Shown here: piece by piece, positions 63,390-64,000 of the stretch | Layout: each line of letters starts with the position of its first letter | Position numbering within the stretch: position 1 is the stretch's first letter | Assembly: GCF_030684315.1 (NCBI RefSeq) | Contig: NC_081359.1 | Span: 17,494,184 to 17,558,183 of the forward strand | DNA from: Stegostoma tigrinum | Lineage: Eukaryota | Length of the DNA stretch: 64,000 nt | Reading direction: 5' to 3' | Program-made: the position numbers and the translations under genes | The notes under the pieces: generated by a model | What the model was told of the DNA's origin: nothing | The model's input: only the letters and a program-made list of their open reading frames with translations | The model's database searches: none

Positions 63390-64000
63390 GCAAGGTTCTA
63401 AAGGAGTACTCTGTTTCTGTCTTCACAAAGGAGAGGGAGATAAAGAGGAGGAGTGTGAAATATTAGATAAAGTGAGTACAATGAGAAACAACGCACAGGA
63501 GGGACTGACCTCGATGAAGCTGGATAAATCATCAGACTCAGGTGAATGCAGTTTTAGGTCTCTTGCTGTTTGCACTGTATGTTATTATTGCATATTTAGA
63601 CTTTAATGTGAGGGGTATGATTGGGAAATTTGCAGACAACACAACATTTGGCCACTTAGTAATGAAGAGAATGGCTATTTGCTGCAGGATAATATCAATG
63701 GTTTGGATGAGTGGGCAGAAAAATGGCAAACTTAATTCCATCCAGAGAAGTGCAAAGTTATGCACTTGGTCAGGCAAACAAAACATGGGAATAAACAATA
63801 AACTGGGGCATCTTTTGAGGAGTAGGACCTTACAGTGCATGTCCACAGATCCCTGAAACTAACAGCTGAGGTAGGTAAGGTGGTAATAACGGTACATAGG
63901 ATGCTTCCTTTAATCAGACAAGGTACTGAATACAAAAGTAGGCGTGTAATGCTGAATCTATGTAAGATACTTGTTAGGTCACAGCTTGAACTTTGTGTAC
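63390..64000 (+). mobile_element. CR1 RT fragment running off the window
   Basis: GMIGKFADNT; gtgcaaagttatgcactt. Confidence 0.8.

Overview
Eukaryotic, AT-rich, repeat-dense vertebrate genomic DNA. The repeat content (HE1 V-SINEs, CR1/HER1-type LINEs, Deu-domain SINEs) indicates a cartilaginous fish, probably a shark. The window lies inside the UBAC2 gene on the minus strand. Two UBAC2 coding exons, missed by the ORF track, are at 24507-24630 and 19011-19058 and match human exons 5 and 6 in size, phase and sequence. Nested antisense in the upstream UBAC2 intron is an intact single-coding-exon GPR183/EBI2 oxysterol receptor (45095-46216, +), with a candidate promoter and non-coding first exon near 35.9-36.2 kb. 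Most of the rest is decayed retrotransposon sequence (CR1, a second CR1/L2-group LINE, L2, RTE, Penelope-like elements, several SINE families), and almost all other ORFs in the track are TE fragments or chance ORFs. The most unusual structures are: (i) a young Penelope-like insertion plus several ~200-bp fold-back mini-elements carrying hammerhead-ribozyme cores, three of which have 13-14-bp target-site duplications; (ii) a CR1 with twin-priming-type 5' inversion and a 17-nt SINE-tail filler at the junction; (iii) a SINE apparently built from a tRNA-like head plus the 5' UTR and 3' tail of a co-resident LINE; (iv) a candidate poison or alternative UBAC2 exon. I see no convincing wholly new biological system. 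Family names come from recalled consensus sequences, not database searches, and TE boundaries are approximate (tens of bp).
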